A DNA stretch of 63,887 bases, the filler included, from Globobulimina sp. (taxonomy: Eukaryota), in NCBI GenBank assembly GCA_003354225.1. It is 45 parts of 45 records of this genome, joined end to end, with 100 filler letters (N's around TTAATTAATTAA, not from the genome) between each part and the next. Parts side by side here need not be neighbours in the genome. Positions count along the whole stretch, not along the records: positions 49,778 to 51,098 come from PIVH01018695.1; positions 51,199 to 52,519 come from PIVH01018696.1; positions 52,620 to 53,940 come from PIVH01018697.1; positions 54,041 to 55,361 come from PIVH01018698.1; positions 55,462 to 56,782 come from PIVH01018699.1; positions 56,883 to 58,203 come from PIVH01018700.1; positions 58,304 to 59,624 come from PIVH01018701.1; positions 59,725 to 61,045 come from PIVH01018702.1; 37 more parts are not named here. One strand, written 5' to 3'. Positions within the stretch are counted from its first letter, which is position 1, and each line of letters starts with the position of its first letter. The notes beneath the pieces are model-generated. The model saw only the letters and a program-made list of their open reading frames with translations, was not told the origin of the DNA and did not search any database. This document shows positions 49,778 through 62,730 of the stretch, one piece after another. The translations under genes and the position numbers were made by a program.

Positions 49778-51098
49778 TTACGAGTTTATTCAATCGTTCG
49801 GGTGCTTCGTCACGTAGCCAATCGGCTAATCAAAATTTAGAGCAACCCGTTATCACACCATCTGAATTAGCAATGCGAAAAGAAGCTGACCAACTGCGCG
49901 AAGAAATCGAGAAGTTAAAACGCATAAATGCAAAAACTCGTTCCGATTTATCAATTCAGAAACAGAATCAGGGCGATTTGGCGGGAATGTACCAAAAATT
50001 ATTAGATGAAGGGGCAGTCGATAATGCGGTTTTGCGTAGAGAAAAAAATATTGCAGTTTCCGAAGTCGGTTTATTGACGTATAATCAATCGAGAATGCTG
50101 AAAAATCAAACAGCACTGACTGAAATGCAGGAGCGCGTGCACCGAGTCGAACTGGAAAATGCAGAAGTGAAAAGTCGATTACAATCTATAGTTATTGATA
50201 ATAAATGTAAACAATCACAACAATCTTTTCAGACAAATCCACTGTCTCAGTCATCATTCAGAAATCAATCAGTGAGTGTTGTGGCTGAACCCCTGCATAA
50301 ACCCCAATGTCAAACAGGCCCAAACCAAATCGGTCTAATGTCATCCAGATCGTTTTGCAGTCAGCAAAAGTCTATTGATTTGGGGGTTCACAACAAACTA
50401 CTGCCTGCTACTGCAAGGCAATCGGATGATACACAGAAAAATCGATCAAAAGCATCAAATCGTCATTATCGTGTGCAATCAAGCAAGTGTCAATTGCGCA
50501 GTGTAAACAAGTCCCCAAAGAGGGCAAAAGGTAACAATACAGCCGAAGGGAATAAATATAATTCATATTATCCAGGTAACAATTCGAGTATAAATACTAC
50601 AATTCCTGGAGGTTACGAGGATGTCTACGATCGGTCCAAGAATCGACCAGATCAATTTGAGCGGTCACAAAGCAGAAATAACAGTCGTGGCGATCATACT
50701 GAATTTAATATTAACGTGCCACGCAAACAGACACCACACCTGGGAAAGGCCCAAGGTGATCGCTTAATTACTGTGAAAAAACAGCCCAAATTTGACGCTC
50801 GGTGTGTTAGACCAGAGCTAATTTTTCATGGTTTGCAAAATCAAAATTTGGAATCGTGGATTGAGGAATCTCGTATTGTATGTACATTACAGGGCGATCG
50901 CGGTTATTTTGAAGAATATTTATTTCACTTTTTGGAGGGAGCGCCTAAAATTTTGTACAGACAAATGTATTCACAAAAAGGTGACAAGTTTCGACCTCAT
51001 ATGGTTTTAGACGAACTTCGCGAAAGGTATGGTAATGCAACCTGCGATCGAGGCGCTTTGGCTGATGCCTACGATAAATTACAACAGGGTAGTATGTC
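49778..51098 (+). mobile_element. Ty3/gypsy-like gag ORF fragment
   Basis: Coiled coil, then FHG...LESWIEE...FLEGAPKILY...LDELRERYG...KLQQG capsid-like pattern. Confidence 0.65.
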
Positions 51099-51198
51099 NN
51101 NNNNNNNNNNNNNNNNNNNNNNNNNNNNNNNNNNNNNNNNNNTTAATTAATTAANNNNNNNNNNNNNNNNNNNNNNNNNNNNNNNNNNNNNNNNNNNN

Positions 51199-51413
51199 CA
51201 GAATCAATGCAATGAAACTCTCCCTCAAATAATCTGTCGTCCGTACATAAAATACGTATTTTTGTCCTCATATTATATCTCAACCATTCTTGTGAAATGT
51301 TTGGATCACAATCTGATTTTGGTACTAATAATGTTGACCCATCCTTTATTGGTTCCAAATGAAGTTTTATTTCATCAAAAGACGGTGCTTTTTCTTCTCT
51401 AAACATCAACATG
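51199..51413 (-). CDS. Sm/LSm-fold protein (NAA38/MAK31-like), partial
   Basis: MRTKIRILCTDDRLFEGEFHCID Sm1 motif. Confidence 0.65.
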
Positions 51414-51571
51414 GTTCCAAACACAAATTAAAAATTGGTTATCATTTATCAACATATCAAATATCATCTAAACTGAGACACTGTAGCTTCTTCTGAGAGG
51501 ATATCAGTCATTAATTCCTTAATCTGACCAAATTTTTAAGTAAAAAGTTTTAAGCCACACTCAAACACACC

Positions 51572-52519
51572 ATGTCGTGGTTTAATTCATGGTCTGATTT
51601 TACGAAAAAAGCCTCCGCAGTGGCTGAATCTGTGAGTGTGAAGGCAGCAGAAGCAGCGAAAACAGCAGCAGATAAATCCAAAGCAATAGCAAGCTCAGTC
51701 AACGAAAGCGTAAATAAGTTCGTGGAAGAACAAAAAAAAGAATACAATGCAATAGAACACGAATCAGACTTAAGTCGACGCAAAAAAACAAGAAAAGAGT
51801 TACTGATGGAATCGGGAGTGCCGCCCTGGTGGATTGATGCGAGAAAAGCTAATCAAAATCGACAATTAGAATTATACGATGAATTGAAATTAAATATTTT
51901 AAAATTATGCCAGGATGAATCTAATTTTTTAATTAAAGCGCCGAGCTCTGTTTCTGTGTTTGACTTCAGATTAGAATATGCGTTGCCGCACGCAAACAAA
52001 GCCTTGGAACTCGACGCAAATTTACCTAATATCCGATTTAAAATTGTTCCGAGAAGGCTCAGCGAAGAGCAATTTTGGAAAAACTACTTTTATCGTGTCA
52101 AGTTGAGCTATTTTTTCATTTTGAAATGAAAACTGAATTTTATGGAAATGTTTTACAAACGGAATTAATCACAGTGTAATTCGGGAGAGCTTAGGTGTCC
52201 ATAAAATGGATTTTTCTTTACCACCTTCATGTGGTTCACCCCCCAGTTCACCCAAACAATCGACAAATAAATCAGTTCCAGTTGAAAATGATGAGAAGCA
52301 GCAAAGTAATGATGCAAGCTCTGAGACTGAAAATAAACAAAATTCGGTTTCAAACAACATTGAAGGCAGCAGAGAAAAATCAAAATCAAAATCAAAGAGT
52401 GAGATTGAGGCAAAAGAGGAAGTGCCAGATTCGGGCATTAAAATGGATTTAAGTAACAATGCAAATAAGATGCCATCGCCACAGCAAATAACTGAGATGG
52501 AGTCAGATGCAGATAAGAT
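51572..52519 (+). CDS. BSD-domain protein, spliced (intron ~52102-52173)
   Basis: LDANLPNIRFKIVPRRLSEEQFWKNYFYRV. Confidence 0.85.
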
Positions 52520-52748
52520 NNNNNNNNNNNNNNNNNNNNNNNNNNNNNNNNNNNNNNNNNNNNTTAATTAATTAANNNNNNNNNNNNNNNNNNNNNNNNN
52601 NNNNNNNNNNNNNNNNNNNCACTGTAAAATGGTGTTGGATGATTGTAAAAGTTATGAAAAAGCATTGGTTTATTTATCGCAACCACAACCAATCAAAGCT
52701 GAAAAGTAAGAAGAAACACAAAATATTACCAATACACAGATATCATCA

Positions 52749-53940
52749 TTGTGTAATAAATTAATAACATATGGAATCAGTGAAATTTTGCAAAACAAAC
52801 AAGATGAAACAAAAGAAGATGCAGAATTGAAGAATGAATGCAATCAATGCATAGAATATCAGTTACAGAAGTTTTTAAGAAATGCGTGTGATTATTTTGA
52901 GCACAATATATTGATTCAGATATTATATTTTTCCTTATATTCCGTGTTAACGCTAAGCAAAAGATGCTTGGTTTGCGATGTGCCATTTCCATCCTATTCC
53001 GGTTTAATTAAACCAAGCGTTTGCAGCAATACATTATGTCTTTATGGATACGAAGAGTTAGAGATTGGGTTAGATATTGCAGCAATGATCAAAGATACGC
53101 CGGAGATCATCGATTTGTTGATTACATTCTTTTACATCTCTGTCAAGAAAGACAAGCTATATGGCAATGGACTCATTGATGTGCACGGTTTGCCGCCAAA
53201 TGAACACATTAATTTCAGAAAACAATGGAAAGCGAGTAATAATCCATATGTTTATCAGGACAAAAAACCGAAACAGTATAATGTTTTGGATACGGATAAA
53301 TTAACAAAAGTGATAAATAAAATACCATCCATTGATACATTACTAACCTATGCCAAAAAAGGAGGCAATAATATGATAAAAAAATCATTATCATTCAAAT
53401 CACCATTATTATGGCCATTGTTGAGGTGGATTGTTGTAACAAATCGATCATATTTACAGCCATTAAGGAATAGATTAAATAAATTTGATGCTTTACCGTC
53501 ATGTTTCCAGTTTAAGTTTATCTCATATTCGCCAGAAAGGGAGTATATGTTCAAACAGTTAAGTGTGAAAAATAGTAATTGCGGCTATAGATATGCATGG
53601 CATGGCTCTCCGATGAGTAATTGGCACAGTATTTTGAGGAATGGCTTGAAGAATATGAGCAATACCAAACATATGAAGAATGGTGCGGCTTTTGGCCGTG
53701 GTATATATTTGGCACCACACAGTGGAACTAGTTATTGGTATTCTGAGCCATCGAAATCTGATACGTGGCCGTTGAGTATGTTTAATAAAAGTGATTATTA
53801 TGGAAGGAATTTAAAGAATAATAATGGACACGGATTGTATTGCTTGGCGTTATGTGAAATATTAAATCATCCAAAGTTAAAATCACCTGAACCATATTAT
53901 GTTGTTCCCACTGAATCGTGGGTTATGATCCGCTATTTAT
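52749..53940 (+). CDS. PARP6/PARP8-like mono-ADP-ribosyltransferase fragment
   Basis: C4 motif CLVCD...KPSVCSNTLC; AWHGS...WHSILRNGL; GRGIYL; CLALCE. Confidence 0.85.
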
Positions 53941-54042
53941 NNNNNNNNNNNNNNNNNNNNNNNNNNNNNNNNNNNNNNNNNNNNTTAATTAATTAANNNN
54001 NNNNNNNNNNNNNNNNNNNNNNNNNNNNNNNNNNNNNNNNAT

Positions 54043-55361
54043 TCAATTATTAATTGAGTTTTGTACCTTTGGTATTGCCTCAATATCAAAGAATTTCGCA
54101 ATTTGTTTGAGCCGCAATAATAGGAATATTAATGCAAACAAATACGATAAAAAAACGGTTGTTATGTAAATAGCCCAAATATGTGATCTGGTGGTAAATT
54201 GTTGATAATTTTTAACTCCATCATACCACCAAAAAGTAAGACATTCCACAAATAATCCATGACAGCAATAAACAATTAACGAACTTTTATATATTATTTT
54301 AGCCATTTGTTTATTTTTTACGTCTGAAAATTGAGTGTCCATCGTATATTTTGCAGACATACAGATTGCATATAAAAATATCCAGCATGCAATAATAAAC
54401 ATGCTACGTTGATAACAATCTGGTTCTTGGAATATATTCACAAATGTATACGCTCGGTCATGTTTTTCTGTTCTTATGGATATGGCACTGAATATCAACA
54501 GAATCGCACAGTGATTGCAAATTATCTTAAACCAATTCAAATATTCATTGAGTTTATTTGTTTTTTTTCGTACAAATTCAACATAAACAATTTTACTGAA
54601 TACAATACCAAATAAATGGAACATCCAGTAATACAAATATGTGATATCATAATCAATCGCAGCATCAAAGGCACTCAATTCCTCGCCTTCATTTGCAAAA
54701 TGTCGAATATTCAACAAAAAGCAAGCAACTGTCATAGCAATTGGAATAATGGCAAATATGAAGAGAGTCAATGATATGAATTTAGTCAATGCTGAGTGAG
54801 ATATGTAATATATTTTGATGGCTGTAAACAATACACAATGACTCAATATTATTATTACAATGAGATAGAATTGTTTTATCCATCTCATTGCACCATAATA
54901 TATCAAACATATGCAACCAATCATAAACAGCAGCATTATATATTTTTTATATTCTTTATTTTTGTTATAATTGTTGGCAGTATGCATAAGAATGTCTATT
55001 AATTTGATAAATGGATATGACATAATTTCCAACATAGTTAAGAAGGGTAAAAACCATAACCAGCCAAAGCCAACATGAATAAAACATTTTTTCCAAAAAT
55101 CAAAAAATAAAAATTGAATAAATGATATCATTTTTTTGTGTTCAGATATGGAACAATCGCCGTGCAACTTAAATAATATTCCATTTTTTAAATGTAATAC
55201 CCGTTGTTTTAGATACATGGCAGGAATAAAAAATAACAGAGTTGATATAAGTAATGGAATGATTAGGTATGAAATACGAGATAATTTAATATTATATTGC
55301 CTTTTTTTAAGTCCTTTCACCATGCCACTGATCATAAAAAATAATGGTAAGCCAACAGATT
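54043..55361 (-). CDS. Acyltransferase-3 (OpgC-like) membrane protein
   Basis: LPLFFMISG, R..LIIPL, LWFL, S...Y..H; many TM segments. Confidence 0.65.
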
Positions 55362-55728
55362 NNNNNNNNNNNNNNNNNNNNNNNNNNNNNNNNNNNNNNN
55401 NNNNNTTAATTAATTAANNNNNNNNNNNNNNNNNNNNNNNNNNNNNNNNNNNNNNNNNNNNTTTCATTTGGTGTTTCAATACAACCGATATGGTCTTGTT
55501 TGTCAACGGTGATAGTTTTATTTTGTTTATTTTCATATGGGGATTGGTTATATGTTGCATCATTTTCTTGAAATGTCTCATTGACACAAGACATGCTCTT
55601 CTGCCGAAAATGTGGGCTTTATGTAGAAACTGTAGAATTATTCAAAAACAGATAATATTAGTAGTGCATTCATTGATAATTAATTATTATAGAAATGGGG
55701 CATGCCGTCATAGACTGATTGTTTCTCC

Positions 55729-56782
55729 TTATTTGCAATTTGAATTTAGCAGCAATTCCAGAAACATTCTGTTTATATCAACCAGAGCATCGCCCCATGG
55801 ATGCATCCCATCATTGACATAGGTCGATTCATATTGCATTGCCTGAGAAATTTCAAACAGCGGAAATATGTGCCATCCATTCTCAACTCCAAATATTTCA
55901 TGAACCAAAGCATTGAATTTTATGGCACGTGGCGCAGTGCAATGATATTCCCGCTCTGAAATAATTAATGGTATCTCCAAAAATATCCTAAGTGGCCAAT
56001 TATCCATATTTGATCCATACAACTCACTGAAATGCTCATCATACCATTTTTTCCTTTCTATCAAATATTGCTTTGTTTCTTCGACTGTGTTATGCCACAG
56101 TTTGTGAATTATGGCCATATCATCGATTAAAATATCAGCTCTCTGATCCAGTCCACTCACACAAAAATTTGGTATATTTTGGGTATGGTTTTTATCATTA
56201 TCACAATTAATATTTTCACGTCCAAATATTTGTTCCAATCCCCTTCTAAAATTAGCAAGGAGTGAATCCCCGGAATAGTGTATTACTGATATATGGCACT
56301 CAGAGTATAACCTTTTAAACAAAATGACTGAATTATTGTTTTGAGCATAATTGAAAGAACATCCATATGGTTTGTAAAAGTATTCAATTCCACAAAAATC
56401 TTCATTCTCTCCGCACGGCCTAGTTTTGGTGCAATTTATTGTTTGACAGTTTCGTTTAATCCATCTTCCTTTTAATTTTTCCATATTATCCAAAGTACAA
56501 AGTGGAAGTGGCTGTGTTTCCTCATTCTGCACAGAATTCGAATCAGTTTGCAAATAAATCAATTGTTTATAATTATACATCTCATTATGTATCAAATCAA
56601 ATTGTTTACCTCTACATTCATAATATGTGCTCGGTGTTTGTCCCAATAAATTGCCCAAATACCAGCTTGTTTTTTCATTTCTATGTTGTCCAAATACCCA
56701 CTTTTCCGAACGCAGATTTATTTTCTTTGCTGCTTCTGTGACGGATAAAAGTTTCATTGTTTTGTTGAGTTTGACTTTATCA
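55729..56782 (-). CDS. SGNH/PC-esterase-like protein
   Basis: Y.PYGC, GDS and DGMH motifs. Confidence 0.6.
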
Positions 56783-57297
56783 NNNNNNNNNNNNNNNNNN
56801 NNNNNNNNNNNNNNNNNNNNNNNNNNTTAATTAATTAANNNNNNNNNNNNNNNNNNNNNNNNNNNNNNNNNNNNNNNNNNNNATTGGGATACAATGAGAA
56901 TGAGATACCGCCGTTTGAAGGCAACGCAGACATCGGAGAGGAAAGAATAACAATGAATGAAATGATCGATGCCATGCTTATGACAAAAAGAATGGTAATC
57001 AGAGATCCTGAATTAAAACATGAAATGGATAAAAAAATTATCAAACATAAACAAACCAAGTCTAGGGTTGCATAATTGGTTTCTTCTTATCTTTAATAGC
57101 AAATCGCGTACAAACCTTACTATAATTAATCATGATCAATTTTATGTTTTGGCATGCATTCTTACTCAATTTGGACTTCAAGTATTTTAAACAAAATATG
57201 GTGACATTTTTGCTGTACGTGTCAGACAAAAAAAGCAATTATATTAATTACAACAAAAAAGGAAAAAATGACACAGAAATGACAGAATATATACAAT

Positions 57298-58203
57298 TTA
57301 TTTAAATTTATGAATTGATAAAGTATTGGAACATTCACCAGCTCGTCCTGGATGAGAATAAGTGATTGTTTGCAAATCCCAACCTTTTTCTGCAAATGTT
57401 TGCTTGTTTTGAACAATAAAATCTTGAATAGAATCAATTGGATTTACAATTTGAAATTTAGTAAATGTAATATTTCTTTCTTGATTTAATAAATCAATAC
57501 AACGCATTATCTCAAATACAAAATCTTCATTTAAATGTATTGATGGCTTATATTTACTCCCTGGTCGATTAAAGATTGTAAATGAGACTAATTTTGGACA
57601 TAAGTCAATAAATAATGATATTTTCATGGTTTCTGTCTTTGAGGAGGACACAAATATTTGTTTAAATTTACCAAATCCATAAATATCACATTCCCAAACA
57701 TCATGATGATACTTAAAATGTTTATCAACATTGGCATAATTTATATTTATGTCTTTTTTCTTATTAATAAATTGATGAAATAATTGTGAAATATATTGAG
57801 GAATATCGGATATATATGGTTTCTCCAAATAAATATCTGCAATTTCACCATTTACTAATCTTAATAACGTATTTACGTCGCCTTTATTTGGTTTAATACC
57901 ATCCAATGGATATCCATTAAACATCTCATCCAAAATATTAATAACTTTTATTAAACGTTTAAAATTTTGTTTGGACGGAATATTTCGAATTGTATCAAAT
58001 GTTAAGTTTTGTAGTCCCCCAATAAATAATCGTTCATCTTCATTGGCAAACGAGGTCCAAAAAGTTGCATCCATAAAGACAGCCGAACTGTGAGTATTTT
58101 TTAAATCCAATACGATTCCTTCTGCGCCAAATATTGACCATGCAATGGTGAAATCTGTGGTTGTGGACAAAGGGCCGCATAATTTTATGGTAGTGCTATC
58201 AAA
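57298..58203 (-). CDS. R-S-E-type ADP-ribosyltransferase-like domain protein, C-terminal part
   Basis: GPLSTTT...A..F...G.VL...FANEDERLF. Confidence 0.55.
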   Translation of the reverse strand, partial: FDSTTIKLCGPLSTTTDFTIAWSIFGAEGIVLDLKNTHSSAVFMDATFWTSFANEDERLFIGGLQNLTFDTIRNIPSKQNFKRLIKVINILDEMFNGYPLDGIKPNKGDVNTLLRLVNGEIADIYLEKPYISDIPQYISQLFHQFINKKKDININYANVDKHFKYHHDVWECDIYGFGKFKQIFVSSSKTETMKISLFIDLCPKLVSFTIFNRPGSKYKPSIHLNEDFVFEIMRCIDLLNQERNITFTKFQIVNPIDSIQDFIVQNKQTFAEKGWDLQTITYSHPGRAGECSNTLSIHKFK

Positions 58204-58303
58204 NNNNNNNNNNNNNNNNNNNNNNNNNNNNNNNNNNNNNNNNNNNNTTAATTAATTAANNNNNNNNNNNNNNNNNNNNNNNNNNNNNNNNNNNNNNNNN
58301 NNN

Positions 58304-59399
58304 TTCGTTAATGTTTCCTGTGACCACATTGCAATACAATGCAACACAAACATTAACAACAGAAACGTACGTTTGTTTGTGGTGGTTGGTTGAAATGAAA
58401 GATAATATAAACCCAATGGGCGCATTAAATCTAATTATGTTATATCAAATCATTGAATATCTGGATATATCACTCAGCAATACATCTTATGAAATTGATT
58501 TTGTATGGACATTTTACAATAATTCACACTTACAAACATTAAATAATTATTATTTGATTCATGTCAATGTAAACATCATCATCTTTATGGAGCCTTTGCA
58601 AGTAAATAGGAGCAATTTCATTGATTTTATACAATTATCAAACGAGATCGAGTCAGATTGGATGGACTTTTATGGAATAAATGACATTTTCATCTCAGAT
58701 ACATTTATTTCCGGAGTGTCATACAGAGAGAATAATTCATATTTGTTTTGTGGTTTGCCACCAAAATATATCCTCATACAAACAACATTTGTCAATGTCA
58801 GCTCAATCAACGAAAATGTTGAAAACGATAATTTTTGGACACAGTTATTTGATGACATTTATATTCCGGCGATTTGTAGCTGTGTATCGTGCATATTTTT
58901 AGTTTTGTTATTGTGTGCTCTGAAGATTCGATCTAAAAATAAACTGAAATCACAGCGTATTGATTCTGTGAAAAACAGCAAAGATAAAAATAAGACTCAA
59001 AATGTGGCACACTCTGATATTATAAATGTAGTTGAAGAGAAATATGCGTTTGAAAGAGATGATGATTTATTCAAAAAAACGAAAAGTTATGACAGTGAGG
59101 CTTTATATGAAGAAAAAAAAGAAGAACAAGAACCTGAAACTAATTCAAGCACAAAAATAGAAAATGGAGAAAATGATAGTAAATTAAAAGAATTATACAT
59201 TGATGAAATAACGAAATGGTTTAATGAAAAGTTATACAAATTATTGGATGCGAGACACGAATATATTCAATTATTTATAATGAATGGATTTGAGAATATG
59301 TCGGTTATCAAAGAAATTACGGATAATGATTTAATATCAATTGGCATCAATAAACTTGGACATAGAAAACAAATATTGTTACAAATTGAGGGATTATAA
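58304..59399 (+). CDS. Single-pass membrane protein with C-terminal SAM domain
   Basis: TM, then YIQLFIMNGFENM...DLISIGINKLGHRKQIL. Confidence 0.8.
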
Positions 59400-59724
59400 A
59401 TTTATATAAATTGTTTCCCTTCAATATATACGTACAATCAATTCGTTTTATTTATTTTCTTTACGTACGTCTCTGGCAGATCTGAAAAATGAGTTATGTT
59501 TACTAGTAAGTCTAAAACCATGGATATTGACCTTAAAATATTTCAAGAAATATCCACAAATTGTAATAAATCCAAGAATGAAATCATATCAAATTGCTCG
59601 TATTTACAGCGCTTAACAATGAGCNNNNNNNNNNNNNNNNNNNNNNNNNNNNNNNNNNNNNNNNNNNNTTAATTAATTAANNNNNNNNNNNNNNNNNNNN
59701 NNNNNNNNNNNNNNNNNNNNNNNN

Positions 59725-60062
59725 CTTTTCCAAATCTGAATTCTAAAGATATTAATATATTGATTATCGCGTGGGGCGTTGGCCGGATCCCAGCAAAACA
59801 TGATGTTGTTGCAATTGAATATATAGGATATTTAGGAGACAAAGTGGATGAATCGAATCGAGTTATAAAGCATCGAGGATGCATTAATTTAGGATATCAA
59901 ACAAATATAACCGGATTGGAGCTCGCTTTGAGAAAAATGACTGTTGGATCTGTCGTGCAATTATGGATACCCTCTGTATTGGGATATGGCGCAAACGGCT
60001 GTAAAATAGTCCCCGCGAATACAAATTTATTTTTTAATTTGAAATTGATCAGAATTTATTGA
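59725..60062 (+). CDS. Divergent FKBP-type PPIase domain
   Basis: ITGLELALRKMTVG...IPSVLGYG...VPANTNLFF. Confidence 0.8.
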
Positions 60063-60327
60063 ATCAGTACGGGTTTGTCATGCTTTTTACTTTTTGCGTA
60101 TATGACATTGTATAATCGAGTGTAGTTAGACTGATGTGTTGTGTTTGATATGTGTTTCTAATATTTTGTGATTTATTTTTTTTTCACTTACGGCTGTTTT
60201 TCTCTCCATCTTAACTGTTGATAACCAGAGTAAACAAAGTTTTTAACATTAATCATCACACACTTTCACTACCTATCACCACTCCGAGTCCATCCGCTCT
60301 GTTTATAGCAAACACAAATTCTTAACT

Positions 60328-60865
60328 ATGGTTAGTATAATACATAATTTATGAATAATAATTTTATATTGCAATGAATGAATGAATGATACATAGTCTT
60401 TATTGGCCCGTCGTATTAAACCATTGGTTGATCGCGTATTAATAAAAAGATTCCAAGCACCCACGAAAACATCGGGTGGGTTATATTTACCTGAATCAGC
60501 GCAAAAAGGCGAAATCCCTCAGGTATTTCTATATTATTTGATGTGTCTGAAATTTCTATAAATTTCAAATTCTAAAACGATTTGAAAAACGTATATTTAT
60601 AACATTTCAGGGCATTGTGACAGCGGTGGGACCAGGCGCTTTCAATCAGGATGGTAATAGAATACCAGTTTAGTATATTTGCTAATGAATTTTATAGAAA
60701 TTTCGGAATTTATCAATTGATTATAAACAAAAACAGATGACATTACAAGAAGGCGATGAAGTTTTATTGCCAAATTATGGAGGACAAGAATTTAAAATTG
60801 ATGAGGATGAATTTGTATTACTTCGCGAGCCTGAAGTTATAGCAAAATTGGAAGACGCCAAATAA
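60328..60865 (+). CDS. HSP10: 10 kDa chaperonin; exons 60328-60330, 60397-60522, 60611-60667, 60737-60865
   Basis: KPLVDRVLI...KTSGGLYLPE / GIVTAVGPG / EGDEVLLPNYGG; three phase-0 GT-AG introns; absent from the ORF track. Confidence 0.92.
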
Positions 60866-61145
60866 ATTATTTGTTTGAATATTATCATTTTATAATGTTA
60901 CAAAGAATTTCATCCACACATTTCAGTGACATTCATTTTGATTTATTTTGAACAACTTGCATGTGTTATTTTATTCAATTTCCAAGTGTAAACTATCGTT
61001 TTCTACACAAAGTTCGTTGATTTTCGCAAATGTAATCATAAAAGANNNNNNNNNNNNNNNNNNNNNNNNNNNNNNNNNNNNNNNNNNNNTTAATTAATTA
61101 ANNNNNNNNNNNNNNNNNNNNNNNNNNNNNNNNNNNNNNNNNNNN

Positions 61146-62244
61146 TGTCCTTTGCGCTGTATTCCCCATTTTCTAACGATTCGATGTCACCTATACTTTT
61201 ACATGCTATACTATCAATCGATGTATCAGTGACTTTACTTTCGATCAAAACGTGAGATAAATCATTTTCGATTACGGTTTTTTCCATACTGTCTACAAAT
61301 ACATTTTGGTCTACATGGTCTACAATATTTTCAAGCGAACTATTTTCAAGCGAATTGTTTTCGATCAAACTATTTTCGCCCAAATTCTTTTCAAGCAAAC
61401 TATTTTCGCTCAAATCATTTTCAAGCAAACTATCTACTACTGTATGGCCCATATTTTTTCCAATATAAACCATCGACTTTTCTACCACAGTATGGCCCAT
61501 ATTTTTTCCAATATAAACCACCGAATTTTCTATGTCTGAACTAACCAATTTACAGTTCTGGGGTGTCAATGTGCAGTTCTCCCCAACTAAAGAAGTTTTA
61601 TAGGGTGTCTCTTGACTATTCCCTACTGTATGATTCATATTTTCGGTGCATTCGACACTGTTACCATTCTGTTTATTAGTCTTTTGTTCTGTATCAAATT
61701 TACACTGCGTGCTTTCAACCGAATCAATAATATGTGCGTCTGCGGAGTGTCTGTGGTTTCCTCCGGACTGAATTTTTGGTCGATGTATTGTATCATCAAA
61801 TAATTTATTGTCGTCTGTCCGTTCTTTATCAACCTTTATACTCTGCGTGCTTTCGACTGTTTTAATCATATCTGTCTCTGGTGCATCGTACATTTTTAAT
61901 TCACTGTTTGTTTTTTCCAAGCGATATTTTACTAATCCGATAATAGAACTTAATTTTCGACTGAACAATGAGGATTGTTTTATTTCGGCACACTGCAAGT
62001 CAGGGTCAAAATCAAATTTGCGTTCAATGATGTTATTTAATGCCCGACTGTCTATTTGAAGTTTTTCTGTGTCACGCAACAATTGCCGTAACAGTCCACG
62101 ACGCGTATAAGACGTATTTATCAAATCGTAATTTTCTTTGTATTGTTCGAATTGTTTTTCTAACTCTATGGCCCTTTGTTTATGTGCGTTTTGTTTTTGA
62201 CGGCAAAAATGTATGTCTTTCTCGTTGTCTGAATTTATAGACAT
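61146..62244 (-). CDS. Coiled-coil, repeat-rich protein, possibly transposon-derived
   Basis: ENSLLE-type repeats and duplicated VYIGKNMGHTVV. Confidence 0.45.
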
Positions 62245-62730
62245 ACTTTACGATTGTTTTTGATCAAAAGAGAGGAATGTGAATAAATTTTGAAAGATCA
62301 AGGGTTGATTTCTGTTACAATCTATACGGCACTGAAAACGGGTCGATACTACTTTGCTATCGACACACTAACCGGATTGTAAACTCCTTGTATGACAAAC
62401 TTTGTTACTACCACGAGACTTGTTTTTGCTAGTAGCGTATACTTACAGTCTACTAATACCGTGCTTNNNNNNNNNNNNNNNNNNNNNNNNNNNNNNNNNN
62501 NNNNNNNNNNTTAATTAATTAANNNNNNNNNNNNNNNNNNNNNNNNNNNNNNNNNNNNNNNNNNNNTAATCTGGTTTACAATTTGATAAAAATAGATCAG
62601 GTCAATATAACTTTTTTTTCGAAACGATACCAATTTCTAAAGCTGTTTTTTTTTTAAAGTACTTTAATACTTCAAGCTTAAAAACCGCTTAAATAAATCG
62701 TTTTGTTGAATCTGTGGCTTCTGTGCCACG

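Noticed and set aside
52749-58203. PARP + acyltransferase + esterase + ART as a gene cluster
   Set aside because: Separate contigs; adjacency comes from length sorting
1324-62566. Regularly spaced TTAATTAATTAA repeat
   Set aside because: Artificial stop linker embedded in N runs; not biological
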